DNA from: Ramazzottius varieornatus
Lineage: Eukaryota > Animalia > Tardigrada
DNA length: 64,000 nucleotides
Reading direction: 5' to 3'
NCBI GenBank assembly: GCA_001949185.1
Contig: BDGG01000004.1
Coordinates: forward strand, 1,451,620 to 1,515,619
Notes under the pieces: model-generated
Database searches by the model: none
The model's input: the letters and a program-made list of their open reading frames with translations, nothing else
What the model was told of the DNA's origin: nothing
Program-made: the position numbers and the translations under genes
Part shown: positions 39,812 to 52,120 of the stretch, piece by piece
Position numbering within the stretch: the first letter of the stretch is position 1
How the letters are laid out: the number at the start of each line of letters is the position of its first letter

Positions 39812-42800
39812 CTAGAACGAATCAATAGGGAAGTAGGAATCGGAGGCTGCATCGTACCAGTCGTTCGGGTCTTCTTTCCGCGGCCCTGCAAAAACTCCGA
39901 TACAATGTCGTTCTTTCCCACAAGTATTCATCAGGAACGATGGATACTTACCGTTAGGTCTGGAAGGCATAGTTAGGTTCGATGATATGTTGATAACGGT
40001 GGATAGCGGCGGAGTACCCAACGACGGTGGACCACCCTGGTCTCTGTCACAGCTTCCACCTGCGGTGCCAGGCTGGAAACTACTACCGCTGCTATTCTCA
40101 TCCACAATCTGCGAAGAAAAGTCCTGCGAGCCGTTCTTTCGCTTTCGCTTCCGAGGAATCGAGACAAGTTTCGTCTGCTGGAACTTCTTCGGTTTCGCCT
40201 TCTGCTGCTTGGGCTGTGTCCCCTCCGCCACCGGGAAGTTTTTCGCTACAACCGGAGTCCGCTTCGGACCAGTATAGAAAGGGGCGAACGAGCACGAGAT
40301 ATCTAGACCAATCAAAGACTCACTTATCAGTGAGATGAACAGGTCTTCGCCAGCAGGCGATCGCTGTACCGACACTTTTCGAGACCAAGCACCGTTCGTT
40401 CGACAAATCTGGGAGTCTGTCACTTTCTCGTCAACTAGCGTCTTATTCTCTAGGTCGCCGACTAGAAGTCGAACTGTGTGCTGATGGCCTGCTGTAGGGT
40501 TGTCTTTCAAGACTTCGCTGTTCTGTAGGCGTAGCGAGATGACGATTTCGGCTTTGTCGTCAGCAAGGTTCGGGGTTTGATCTGTGGTCAGGATGTACTT
40601 GGGAAGGCGGGAGACTACATCGACGATGCGGTTTCCGAAAGGTGGACGACGATTGACGATCAGCTCTAGCTCTCGAGGGTTCGCTTGCTCCATGGATGAG
40701 AATGTAGTGTAGCCTAGTTATGACAGCAAGGATAAAAACTTGAGCATGAAGGTACATGCAAATTGGGAGGTCGGCTGCAAAAAAACTTGAAAGACGCGTC
40801 CAAGATTTCTAACCCAAGTGGCCCACGTATTCATAGATATTAGATGGAATCGTGCGCCACTTGGAGTAACAGTCTTGTACATTTCGTTGCCAGTCTCCCA
40901 GCTGCTCTGACTAGGAACTCACCGGCGTTGACCAGCGAGACCGAAAGCGTCGCTCCGATACCCGTGATCTGTCGCGCCACATGATCCGAGTTTTCCCACA
41001 TTCTGGCTTCCAGACACTTTGCTAGCTGGATGGTACTGATGGAGAGCTTGAACCCTACATTGCTTGAACGAACATAGGCGACCAAACAGCTCATGACGCG
41101 TTTAGCCGAACGGAAGATCTTGTTGGTGTCCATGGACAAGCCAGGGTCGGTGACCGGAAGTGACCCGAGAGCGGCCTGTATGAGACAGTTCACCTTCATG
41201 GCGGTACTTTGAATCTTGCCTTTCATGGGGAAGCGAATGGTGGGGACTGCGTTCTTGTTCCGGTTCAGAGTGTTCAACGCCATTTTCTCGTTTACCCGGA
41301 GTGTGACGTCAGCGAACTCTTTGGCTTTCGAAAGCGCATCCACCAACTCTGCGATAGTTTCTTTCCCGGTCAGAGTTCCGAAAAGAACCATCGTGTCGAA
41401 CGCAATGTAGTACTTGGCCATTAAACTGCCCTTTGGTGTCGCTTGGAAGAACGTTCCGTTGCCTGAAATATCGGTCGAAGACTATCAGTATTCAAAAATA
41501 AACTTCGACTTATTCCCAAGGATAAATCTACTTCTCTCCCATTACTTTTGCTCTAGCGAAATATTGTCATAGGACTTGTATTGGAAGGTGTTGTATTTCA
41601 AACTGAGAGAAATTAATACCTGTGAGTAGTCCGTTTCCCTTCAGAGCTCGTAGACACGATGAGGCGATATCCTGGAGCCACGAGTGGATATCTTCCTCGT
41701 TAACCTTCTTTTCCAGCTTGAAGTAAAAGCCTGGGTTCTTCATGATGCGAATGTACAGAAAGGTCGACTGGATCCAAGCTAGCATCGTATCCGCGTTGTA
41801 GAAGGTCCGAAGGCTAATTTCCGCGTTGACGTGTTCGATCAGGTTCTTGTGCAGTACGCTCTCGATCACCTGCAAATGATAGATAGTGAAAACTTCCGAG
41901 GTTCGACCAATACAATTTAAGAGGGAGACCTTACTTGGGTGGCGTTGACCAACTGATCGAACTTGGACTTCAGCGTTGTCTTCGTCATGATGACTGCGAC
42001 GGCACTTGTGTCGAACTGTGGACGACCTGCTCGACCTATCATCTGCATGACTTCCGTCTGGGAATACTCTTTCAGTCCGTCGGTTCCGTAGTAGGAAGTG
42101 GACTTGACGATCACCAAGTGAGCAGGGAGGTTGACGCCCATGGCCAACGTACTCGTCGAACAGAGTACCGGCAAAACTCCCTGCAAATCAAACCCAAGGC
42201 AAATATCCGTTAAGAAAATTCTAAATTCATTTCGAAGAAGGAAGTATCATTAAAAAAACTCTGTTTGATTGTTTACCTCGAGGAAGAGACTTTCGACGGC
42301 CGTTCGATCTCGACGGTCCAGTCCTGCATGGTGAAACCCTGCTCCCTTCATCAAACATTCTCTCAACTGGACGTTCACTATGGTGTTGGCGACCTGTCTG
42401 ACTTTCTGCGCAGCTGGGCCAGGAGGAAGAAGACTATTGATTCCCTTCAGCAAGTTGATCGCCGCTTGGGAAGTGCTCTTCCGGGTCGAGCAGAAGATCA
42501 GAGTGGGTTTTCCACCTGAGTACGTCTGTATAACAGTCAGTAGCTTGTAATCCAGGCTCATGTCGAACCTGAACTCGTTGTTCGAGTTACACGGATAGCC
42601 CAGGACGATTTTCTGGATTTGCACTGGCCGAGCGTCTTCACCAACCTTCACAATACGAGCAGGTCGCGAAGGAGAACCTAACCACTCACCAAAGTCTTCA
42701 ATATTCTGCAATGTAGCAGACACAGCCCCGAACCTGATTGGCTGAATACCTCCTTCGTTTTCGTACTTCTGAGAAACTGCCTTCATTCGACTAATGACGG

Positions 42801-43442
42801 TTTCCAAAGTGGCACCTCTGGTTGCATCTCCCACGAGATGATCTTCGTCAACCATAAAGAGACGAACCATCCTGACCATGAAGTCGTTGTCTCTCCACCT
42901 GAACAAAAGGGTCTTAAAATAGTGAACTGGACGGTGGGGTACTTCAAGATCAAGTACCTTCGAGTCAAGCTGTCGAACTTTTCCGGAGTTGAAATGACAA
43001 TGTCCGCTTCCTTCATTTCGTTGTACTCGTCGCCATCAGAATCTCCCGTCATCTTGCAGCACTTGAATCCAATCTGGCCAAACCTGTTGCTCCAGTCGGT
43101 GAATTTTTCATCGCAGAGAGCCTTGATCGGTGCGAGGTACACAGCTTTGCGACTGTGAAGAGAGTCCTTTCCTGCTTGCTGATCCAGAAACAACTTGACC
43201 ATCATTAGCTCCATCACGCCCGTCTTGCCGGAACCTGTGGGAGCAGAAACTACCAAACTGTTGTCTTCGGTCATTACACTGTCCAGTACTTTGGACTGGA
43301 GGATGTTGAAGTACGGACGCTCTTCGAAGATCTTCTGGAACTTGTCCGGAAGCTCCGTTGTACTGCGGAGTACAACTCGATCGCTGGGCCGTCCATCGGA
43401 GAACTGTCGGTTGAGGTAGAGGTGACTCGGAGGCCTTAGCAT
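39812..43442 (-). CDS. HFM1: Meiotic Ski2-like DExH helicase HFM1/MER3 with Sec63 domain
   Basis: APTGSGKT, YLAPIKALC, TPEKFDSLTRRW, MVDEDH, SAT, TSTLAMGVNLPAHLVIVKST, QMIGRAGRPQFD, and Sec63-like region (NPRELELIVNRRPPFG). Single helicase cassette. Confidence 0.92.
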
Positions 43443-43735
43443 TCTCCCTTAGCTGTCCCATCCACTTCTTCTTTGCGAACGCAACTCTTAGAGTAACTGC
43501 GGTGCGAAAGATTGGTCGATAGCTGAATATCTGAAATTCTGGGAGGAAACAAGAACGTTGAAATTCTCTTACGTTCGCCCTGTTGTGTACGCCTGTAGCG
43601 TGACGTCACTGCGTAAACTGTACCTCCGCACTGGACAGAGGCCGATCTCATTGTTTCAATCAATCAAGCTCCACTTTAAGCAAGCTTATGTCCGAGCCCT
43701 GATTGATGGCACACCCTGGACTTCCTAGTTCGCTT

Positions 43736-43940
43736 CATGGACGCCGCTTTCATACGAAGTTCGTGCCATGATCCTAGGAGAGGTACATTCCCGCCCGGAA
43801 ACAGCTGATCCCTGAAACAAATTTTGGACCCCCAAGCAGAAAATCATTGGTGGACCCCTCAGTTTCACCGCCACTTGTCAAGGGTGAACCTCCTACTGTC
43901 GGATCATATGGTACGAACTTTTTAACTGCCGGCATCCATG
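43736..43940. mobile_element. hAT-type MITE (~205 bp) in the HFM1/FAH divergent intergenic region
   Basis: Imperfect ~50-bp inverted ends (CATGGACGCCG...AAGTTCGTGCCATGATCC and GGATCATATGGTACGAACTT...CGGCATCCATG). 8-bp TSD GTTCGCTT/GTTCGCTA (7/8 match). Confidence 0.8.
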
Positions 43941-44389
43941 GTTCGCTACACATGCTTTAGGAAAGATTCGCAAGATCCTTTCGAGGCCATGTTTAGGTGT
44001 TGATCACGTTTCAAGTTTATCTTGCTGCATTCTAGAACGACGTTCGCTGAGCGTGGAATGTACGCTGAAATTTCGAAAGCGAACGATTGATGGATGACGG
44101 ATTCATGGCGGACCAAGGATCAGAGAAGCCCAAGAACAGCATAACAACCGGAGACTTCGACAGAATTTTCGAAGTCTGCAAGACGACTTGCAACAGGTTG
44201 ATTTTTTACAGGCTTCCAGTCCAAGTCGAGTGATGAAGACGCCTGCAGCAAGTAAATTCTCTGCCAAAGAAGTATAACAGCCAATCTAACCATGCTACCA
44301 ATAAGAAAACCATTATGCTCCACATATCTGTACCGTCTAGGTAATTACTGTGGTCGCGGCTTCTTGTGGTTAGCTAATCCTTCTCTACA

Positions 44390-46898
44390 ATGTCCAGCGG
44401 AGAGTCTTTTGTTGAAGTCGGCAGGGAGAGCGACTTTCCGCTTGCAAATCTTCCTTATGGAGTCTTCAATACACCAGAAAACGTAAGTGCCAAACTGCCG
44501 GTTCCCTGTCCTTGACTGTAATCAGCACGCTACGAGAGCCTTACATTCTTTCAAAATAGAGAAAGCAGAGGATCGGTGTGGCGATCGGTAGCCTCATTCT
44601 GGACCTTTCCGCTGTCGTGGACCTCTTCGACGGACCGTTGTTGCACAAGGACAACTTCCGCGATGGACATCCGTTTTCGCAGGTAATCCAGCCTTGTTGA
44701 AGTGCATTTTTCCTTCATTGCAGTTTCGCGCGTACTAAAAAGGCCGGTTTCGCACGTAGCCCACACTGAACCAGTTCATGAGCCTGGGATGCGATGCATG
44801 GAAGGAAGCGCGAAGTACTCTGCAGAAATTACTATCCACATCCGAGCCGACTCTACGAGATAATGAATCTCTTCGTAAAAAGTACGTTCTTTTCGTATCA
44901 GTATCGGCTAGTTACACGGCTTCTCAGCGGTGATAAATAAGATGACTCAGGGATGAGCGGTTATGGAGTTTGATTCTGTCCGCTTCGCTACCGCTTTCAT
45001 GAAACAGGAGCGCTTCGCTATGACCCGCTATGAGATGCAAGAGTTCGCTATCCGCTTTGCCACCGCTGTAGTAAACTTCCTTTCTGCAAGAAAAAGCATC
45101 GTGTTTTGGCCCTTTCCATAATCGAAACTGATTAGCAAAATGAAGTATTGAATTCAAGCTCTAAACAACCTCAAATATCCTGAAAAAGTTTGTAAAAGTC
45201 GAACCTTACGTGAAAAGTAGCGATTGAGAACCCAGTTTTTTACCAGTCTTGGCTTGAAATCCGCTATTTCCGCTGTAGATAATTATCGCTTGGCCCTCGA
45301 TAGTTCTGAGTTTGCCCAATTCCGCTAGTTTCGTTACATAGCGTAGCGAAGCGGAAAACTGGTCCAAAAACGCTACGCCGTTCCAAAACTGCTCATCCCT
45401 GTTAAAGATGTTGGGTTTCAGGGCCTTCGCCCAGCAGTCGCAAGCAACAATGCACCTTCCAGCGCATATCGGTGACTACACGGACTTCTACTCGTCCAAG
45501 TTCCATGCATCTAATGTCGGTAAGTTCTATCCCCTCCGAATTACGGCAAAGGTTTCTTGTCGTTATTCAATGTGCTTCTGATTCATCGTGTAACCGTACC
45601 GGTGCTGCAGGTACCATGGTGCACGGGAAAGAGAAAGCATTGTCTCCCAGCTGGTAAGGATGAGCGCGAGGTTACTCGAGTCATCGACTTTTTTCGCGCT
45701 AGTATTTTCACAAACTTATTCCTCTACACGACGGACGAGATATACTGTAAGCGCAATAATTGTATACAGGCTTTACCTGCCGACGGCCTACCACAGCCGC
45801 GCATCCTCCGTAGTGATTTCAGGGACTAGCATTCACCGTCCGAATGGACAAACCAAGCCCGATCCAAGTAAGCTTTTCAAAATCGCAGTGTCTCAGCGTT
45901 ATTCCCGGAATTTCTTCCCAAGAACCATCTTAGTACAATTGTTTTCGCCATAGACCAGCCGCCTGTGTTCGAACCTTGCAAGAAGATGGACTTTGAACTT
46001 GAGATGGCATTTTTCATCGGACCCGGAAGTGAACTTGGGAAGCCCGTTAGTATCAACGATACATCCAAGCACATCTTCGGGATGGTTCTCATGAACGATT
46101 GGTCCGGTACGGCAACAGAGTTCTCAGTCACTTTCCGCGAACAACAACCATGTTTTGGTTTTGCTTCTTTTCTCCTAGCACGCGATATTCAAGCATGGGA
46201 GATGGCGCCTCTGGGTCCATTTCTTTCCAAGAGCGTCGGGACCAGCATTTCTCCCTGGATTGTCACAATGGAAGCTTTAGCGCCTTTCCTCACAGACAAC
46301 TTCAAGCAAGATCTGGAACCTTTCCCGTATTTGAGACACTCTGACCGATACAACTTTGACATAAACCTTCAGTTGGAGCTGAAAGGCGACGACATGCCTG
46401 ATAGCGCGGTCATTGTCGAGACAAATTTCAAGGTCTGTACATTTCATCCGGTTTGTGGCAGTTCACTTGTTCAATGCTGTTTTCCATCTGTAGCATGTGT
46501 ACTGGACAATGAAGCAGCAGTTGGCGCATCACACAAGTAATGGCTGCAATCTTCGGCCTGGCGACCTCATGGGTTCCGGAACGCTCAGCGGACCCGTAAG
46601 AGCTGCCCTACTTCCGGAATCAGTTTTCTTGAGAGGAAATTTCGAATAATGGGAAAAAACCACTGATCTCGCATCTTTGCAGACAGACGAATCTCGAGCC
46701 TGCTTGAGTGAGCAGTCAGAGATGGGAAAGAAGGATGTCGATTGTGGCAACGGGACGAAGCGGGTCTACTTGCAGGACAACGATCAGCTTACCATAAAAG
46801 GATACTGTCAAAACGACAAAATCAGGATTGGGTTTGGCGAATGTACGGGAAAACTTTTGCCTGCGATTAGTTACCCGTTTGCTAAAGATTCTACATGA
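44390..46898 (+). CDS. FAH: Fumarylacetoacetase-family hydrolase (FAH), divergent substrate site
   Basis: [75 protein letters not shown] and [14 protein letters not shown]. About 9 coding exons with consistent phases. Confidence 0.95.
44948..45401. mobile_element. hAT-like MITE (~454 bp) in FAH intron 3
   Basis: 20-bp TIR CAGGGATGAGCGGTTATGGA / TCCAAAACTGCTCATCCCTG (18/20) and many subterminal (T)TCGCTA/CCGCTA motifs. No clean TSD. Confidence 0.75.
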
Positions 46899-47206
46899 GG
46901 TACCGAAAGACAAACAGGCAGTTTTTACTAACGTTATACTAACAAACAAAAAGACTACCCTCTCGGGCAAAGGAAGAATAAAATTCGAATACAAGACTGT
47001 TCACGACAGATCACTACGAGAACCAGTGGAGAAAATAAGCACATTGAAAGGTAAAATAACTGGAAAATGCAGCAACGATCGGTTGCCTTCGCACTGAGAT
47101 TCCATTCGCGCAAGCGATGTAAGTTGCGCCGTTGCGCTACTTGGAAAGAAACAGTTCCCCAAAGTTACCGAGAAGATCGTAGAAAAACAAGATTATTGAC
47201 AAGTAA

Positions 47207-48256
47207 TTACACCCCGTGATTTTTCCTAACTGAGTACAGAAGCTGCATGGGACGTGCCACATTCCAGTAGAAGTCGTGAACTTGCTTCAACGTCAGGTCT
47301 CCTCTCAAGGGGCGGATGTCAGCGCTGTTCACCCGTAAATACAACCTGATTCCGCCGACATCTAGGGATCTTTGGTCGACGTAAGTAACCTGCTCCTGTT
47401 CCACTAGCAGTCGACTCGCGATGAAGCTTCGGATATGGTCCACTGCATCGCAGCATAACTATGTCAGACGTTTGCACAAAGGTTTCGAAACACAATGTTA
47501 GTTACCAGTAGCCGTGGATATCACGCGAACCAAGCGTTTGCACAAGGCCTTCGACAGTCCCTGGTCCGAAATATCCGGCATCTTGTCCAGGTATGGCTGC
47601 AGCTCGAACGACATGATGTCCTCATCTTCCACGACGTCCGTATCGCTCTTGTTTAGACTGATGAAGCCCGCAGGATGAGTGGAATTCGAAGGAGCACTGG
47701 CGGCCTTGGCACCTTTCTTCGTGTTATCTTTACTCAGCTTGGCCAGGAGAGCTGCATGACGTTCTTCCATGATTTCGCGCCGAGGGAAGATGGTCTTTAT
47801 AATCTCGTCGAAAAGTGGGTCCGGACGAAGAGCTCGCATGGAGATAAGCTTCTGCCTGCAAAGTTCCAACACCGCTATGAAGAATCTGTAATGGTATACT
47901 CTTCAGTATCGATCGTCTACATGAACGAGCAAACCAAACCTGCAATTTGGACATTCCTGCAGACAAGAGACACAGCGTAAGACAGAAGTAAATATTACAG
48001 TTGGTAAGAGATACTTTATAGGTACCTTGTTGCCATTCCTCAGTGCCTGTCTTATACACTCATCGCAAAAACGATGAAGGCATTCCTTGGTGGTCATTGT
48101 CTTGCGTAGAACATCCAGACAGATAGCACACTGTAGCTCAGACTCCAACAAGCGTCCAGTTGTGCGAATTACAGCGTCGTTATCCTGAGACAGCAAGTGT
48201 GGTTGGCGATCCAGTTCGTAAGGCGTCAGATCCCACAGGCCGCCTCGTTGAGCCAT
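47207..48256 (-). CDS. RING1: PRC1 E3 ligase RING1/RNF2 (Sce)-like: RING plus RAWUL domain
   Basis: [72 protein letters not shown], and RAWUL motifs ATVDHIRSFIASRL...LTLKQVHDFYWNVARPMQLLYS. Confidence 0.92.
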
Positions 48257-48969
48257 TATGCGCAATGGGTCGGAGATGAATCTGGTAACACACTGGAGCC
48301 ACGATAATCAAAACAGAGCGTTTGCTGATGCTACTTGTGGTTTTGGACTTAGGTGGACATCCAGGAGGTCCTTCCCTCGACACAGCGACAGCGTCAGGAG
48401 TCAGCACCTCTGAATGCTCTGATCCAGGTGAGTCTTGATGACCTAACTGAAAATAATGCTTTTTCCATACCTGGTTTCGATTGATTTGTGATTTGACTGC
48501 TCTACTGTTCTGACCACGCTAATTTCGTTTCGCAAATCCGCATATGTTGTTTTCTTCGGCACACTGAAGCTTTCAGTCTGTCACTGTGAAAGTTAAAGAA
48601 AAGTTCAGTTCCGCCAGATCATTTTTTGTTTGTTTGCAGATTGGAAATGTTCTAATCGCTTTTCTTCCACCTTCCAGAGATAGCGAGCTCTTACCTCCTC
48701 CGCCGCCCCAACATCAACGTCACCGCACTGCTCTAACTAGCGAACGGGAAACAAACGGAAAGAGATGCTTGGACGGATTGGATAGAAGGGCCCGGTTGGA
48801 TATCCACGTCATCTAATTAGGCGCTGCAGATGGAATCGCTCCATGGCCTCCTTCTGATCATCTCCTAATTTTCGACAGGCTTGCAGGTGCGCTCGTCACT
48901 AAACCGCTACATCTTGGAACGTCTGGAGCTTTGGACCGAAGTAGAATCGATATCGGTCTCACCGCCGCG

Positions 48970-49727
48970 ATGTTTGCGGAAGGAGCACCATCTCATAACC
49001 CGAACGTCGACTGGCTAAACACCCGGGGTACAGCTGCTGCCTTTGAGACTTTGACGTTCTTAATGCCTGGAAGCTGCTGGGGCAGTCCGTCTCGAATTTA
49101 CTATTCTAACCTGATTGTTAACGCAGCGTGCTGTTTTAGGCATGTGGACACTCTATGTCATTCTCCTTGTTATGTTCCATCTCTTCCTCCTGTCGATACC
49201 GGTCGACGCTTTGACGGTTCCAATGGTCTGGACCTTAACTAACGTCCTACACAACCTGGTGAGCGTTTCATCTTAACCACATGGAGATCTAATCGACACA
49301 CAATGTGCTGATGGTGCCTTCCTTATAGTTTAGTTTGATTCTATTTCACTTCACCAAAGGCACACCTTGGCTGGACACTGATCAAGGCCGGTCTCGGGCG
49401 CTTACGTTCTGGGAACAGATTGACGACGGAATCCAGTATACTACAACGAAGAAGTTCTTCACGATTCTACCGATCGTGGTGTAAGTTCGCTGCCACTGCT
49501 GCTAAACAACCAGAGGCATGAGCACTTCTGTTCTGTGGGAAGTCGCCCACTCGGCCAGTTTGCATGTTCCATCGTTTCTTCCTCGTTGCAGATATTTGAT
49601 GACCGGATTCTATACCAACTATGACCATGCGCACTTTATCGTGAACACTATCTCGCTGGTGACAGTTTTGGTGCCTAAGCTGCCTATCTTTCACCGACTG
49701 AGGCTGTTTGGTATCAATCGTTATTGA
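48970..49727 (+). CDS. ORMDL: ORM1-like protein (sphingolipid synthesis regulator), 4 exons
   Basis: NPNVDWLNTRGMW, VWTLTNVLHN, FHFTKGTPW, LTFWEQIDDGIQYTTTKKFFTILP and PKLPIFHRLRLFGINRY*. Confidence 0.96.
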
Positions 49728-50339
49728 GAGATTGGCCCACTCGATGGCTTCTTCGACGATGAGCTCTTCGACCATAGGCTGGTCAGCGACGCACCACTGT
49801 TCACATCTTCTTTTCTAAAGTCTTTCTTACATTTATTTATCCATGCCGCCTGTATGTGATCCACCGGAAATATAAAGCATACATTAGGTCTTTGTTTATT
49901 TTATGCAGTGTCCCGTTCAGGCTGAAGCTGCTCACGGGAAGTCAACTTCCTTGTACCAAAATGCGCGCGACCGGTTCCAAGACGAAAGCTTTACTCGAGC
50001 AGTAAGTGCTTGTCTCAAGGCAGTTGGTCGGCTGGTTGAAAAGTTCCGTGGAAAACTAGTCTGGGAGTTCGACGAATCTAGGATCAGAAAGAGATTTGCA
50101 AAGTTACACTGCCATTTGGCACATGCAAAAACGGCAAAGCCAGTTGACAGATAAAAACAAGAAATGCAAATTGGTTATTGCAGAAAATCGAATGTGAATC
50201 AGAGAGGAAGAAAATTTGAGCGAGAGAAAACAGATAGCATCCCACTGGAAACAGCAATAGCTAAAAATAAAAGGACCGCTTCAAACTCCGTCCAAACCGG
50301 CGCTCTTCTGCCTTCAGAAAGGACCCAAACCGCACATTC

Positions 50340-51962
50340 TTACGTCCTTCCGTTACCAAACACCGCTGCTTTCTGTTTGAATTCCTGCCTTCTTTGCTTC
50401 TTCTCTTCGGCGTCTTTCCGTAGCTGCTCTTGTTCAGCCTTGATCTCTTCCTCAAACTTTGAGCCTTTCCGGAGATTTTCGATCTGCAAAGAGTACAACG
50501 TTGCATTTTCTGGATCACTCCTGACGAGGAATATCTGAACCTCAGATGACCAGACGACTAACCACCCCAACGAACCTTAGCCTCGAAAAAAGTCTTTGCG
50601 CCACCTACAGAGAACATAACACGTATATTACATCACGCGAAAAGATAAGATAGCGAAAAGCGGCCATAAACTCGGTAAAACCCGCTCTTACCGACTCCGG
50701 TCTTGTCCACATCGATCTCTGACAAACTAGCTAGCAACGACAGACCGCTGTCATCCCGGAGCTCCCCAGCTGCCGCTTTCCGGAAGATCAGAAGAAACTG
50801 CAACATACAATTCAATTATGGGCATTTTTTACATAGCTACGGCCAGACAAGGAACGTAATCTGTTTAATGTCACACCACGAAAAGGGAGGGCAACTATAT
50901 ATGGAGTATGGATACAAGTGAACAAGGAAGCCCCGAAAGCCGACCATGATTTATGATCTATAAATATCGGTTTAATGTTCTGGTCAAGCTTTCAACATAG
51001 TCTGTCATATGACACTGGGCAATATTGGTTCACATGATGCATCCGATATGAACAACTCTGGGCGTATAATGTGAATATGCAATCTGAGTTGATACCATGA
51101 GCGCGATCGCCCAAAGGGTTGGCTGTGAATCTCACAGTCATATCGGAAATGACTGTTGCATTCATCGGAAAATGCATCAACATGACCGGAAGTGACTACA
51201 CTTGTTTAGGGTAGTGTCCATACTCGCGTGTGAAAAACACGTAAACCATCTAGATACCTCTCTGAAGTTGAGCTTTCCATCCTCGTCCTCGTCCACTTCG
51301 CTACAAAAAAAATTGACAAAGGGTTATGAGTGGCGACCTTGGTAAACAAACGTGGTTTGTTTATTGTCCAGTATTTACAGACCTGATCATTGACTTCAAT
51401 GCCAGATGTGTTTGAGGAGCTCCCAGCTTTTCCATCATGCGTTTCAGCTCGTCTAGATCGATGAAGTTATCCTTATTGACATCGTGACTGCAAAAACAGA
51501 AAAAACAATCTTACGTTCACACATAATACAAGATACCCTAGGGATGAGGGAGCTTAAATCAGCACAACTTCCGCCCAATAAAACTGTCATGCTTGGAGTA
51601 TCTGCATGTACTTACAGTTTGAAGATCTTTTCGTATTCTTTGATCTGCTTCCTCGTGAATTCTCTGAACTCCGTATACGGGTTGAAAGAGCGAAGCAGTG
51701 GCTTGAAGTCATCTCCGACGTTTCCTTCGTTGATGTCCTGTCTCCGGTTGAGCTTCTTGCTTAATTCATCTGACGCCGAGTCGGAGATGGCTTTTTCTGA
51801 TCCCGTGGAAGAACCAGACGATATCTTCCGTTGTAAAGGTGCATGCGAGTTGGGATCCAGTCGATTCTGATCCTGAACAGACTCGCCTGGATTTCCTTCG
51901 GGGGATTCTTCGTTGAGCTGAAGCCGACGATTGAGCTTCCTTGATAACTCGTTGTCCGCCAT
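50340..51962 (-). CDS. EFHD2: EF-hand domain protein D (swiprosin-1/EFHD1/2)
   Basis: MADNELSRKLNRR, FNPYTEFREFTRKQIKEYEKIF, ELKRMMEKLGAPQTHLALK, FLLIFRKAAAGEL, SEIDVDKTGVGGAKTFFEAK and SKFEEEIKAEQE. Single invertebrate orthologue of EFHD1/2. Confidence 0.95.
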
Positions 51963-52120
51963 GCTTGTCTTTGCTTGGAATTCCTTCTTCTTGGACGAAG
52001 GTTTACGGGCGAATCCAAGAGGCTTTCACCAACTAAAGGAATCACAGTTCAGGACATCGGAACAGGACTAGTGTAGGTTGACAGGCGCGGATAAAAGATT
52101 GGCTTTGCTGTTGTCCACAC

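Noticed and set aside
44120-44323. Small minus-strand ORF with a signal-peptide-like start between HFM1 and FAH
   Set aside because: No recognisable family and no convincing downstream exons, and it overlaps the FAH promoter region.
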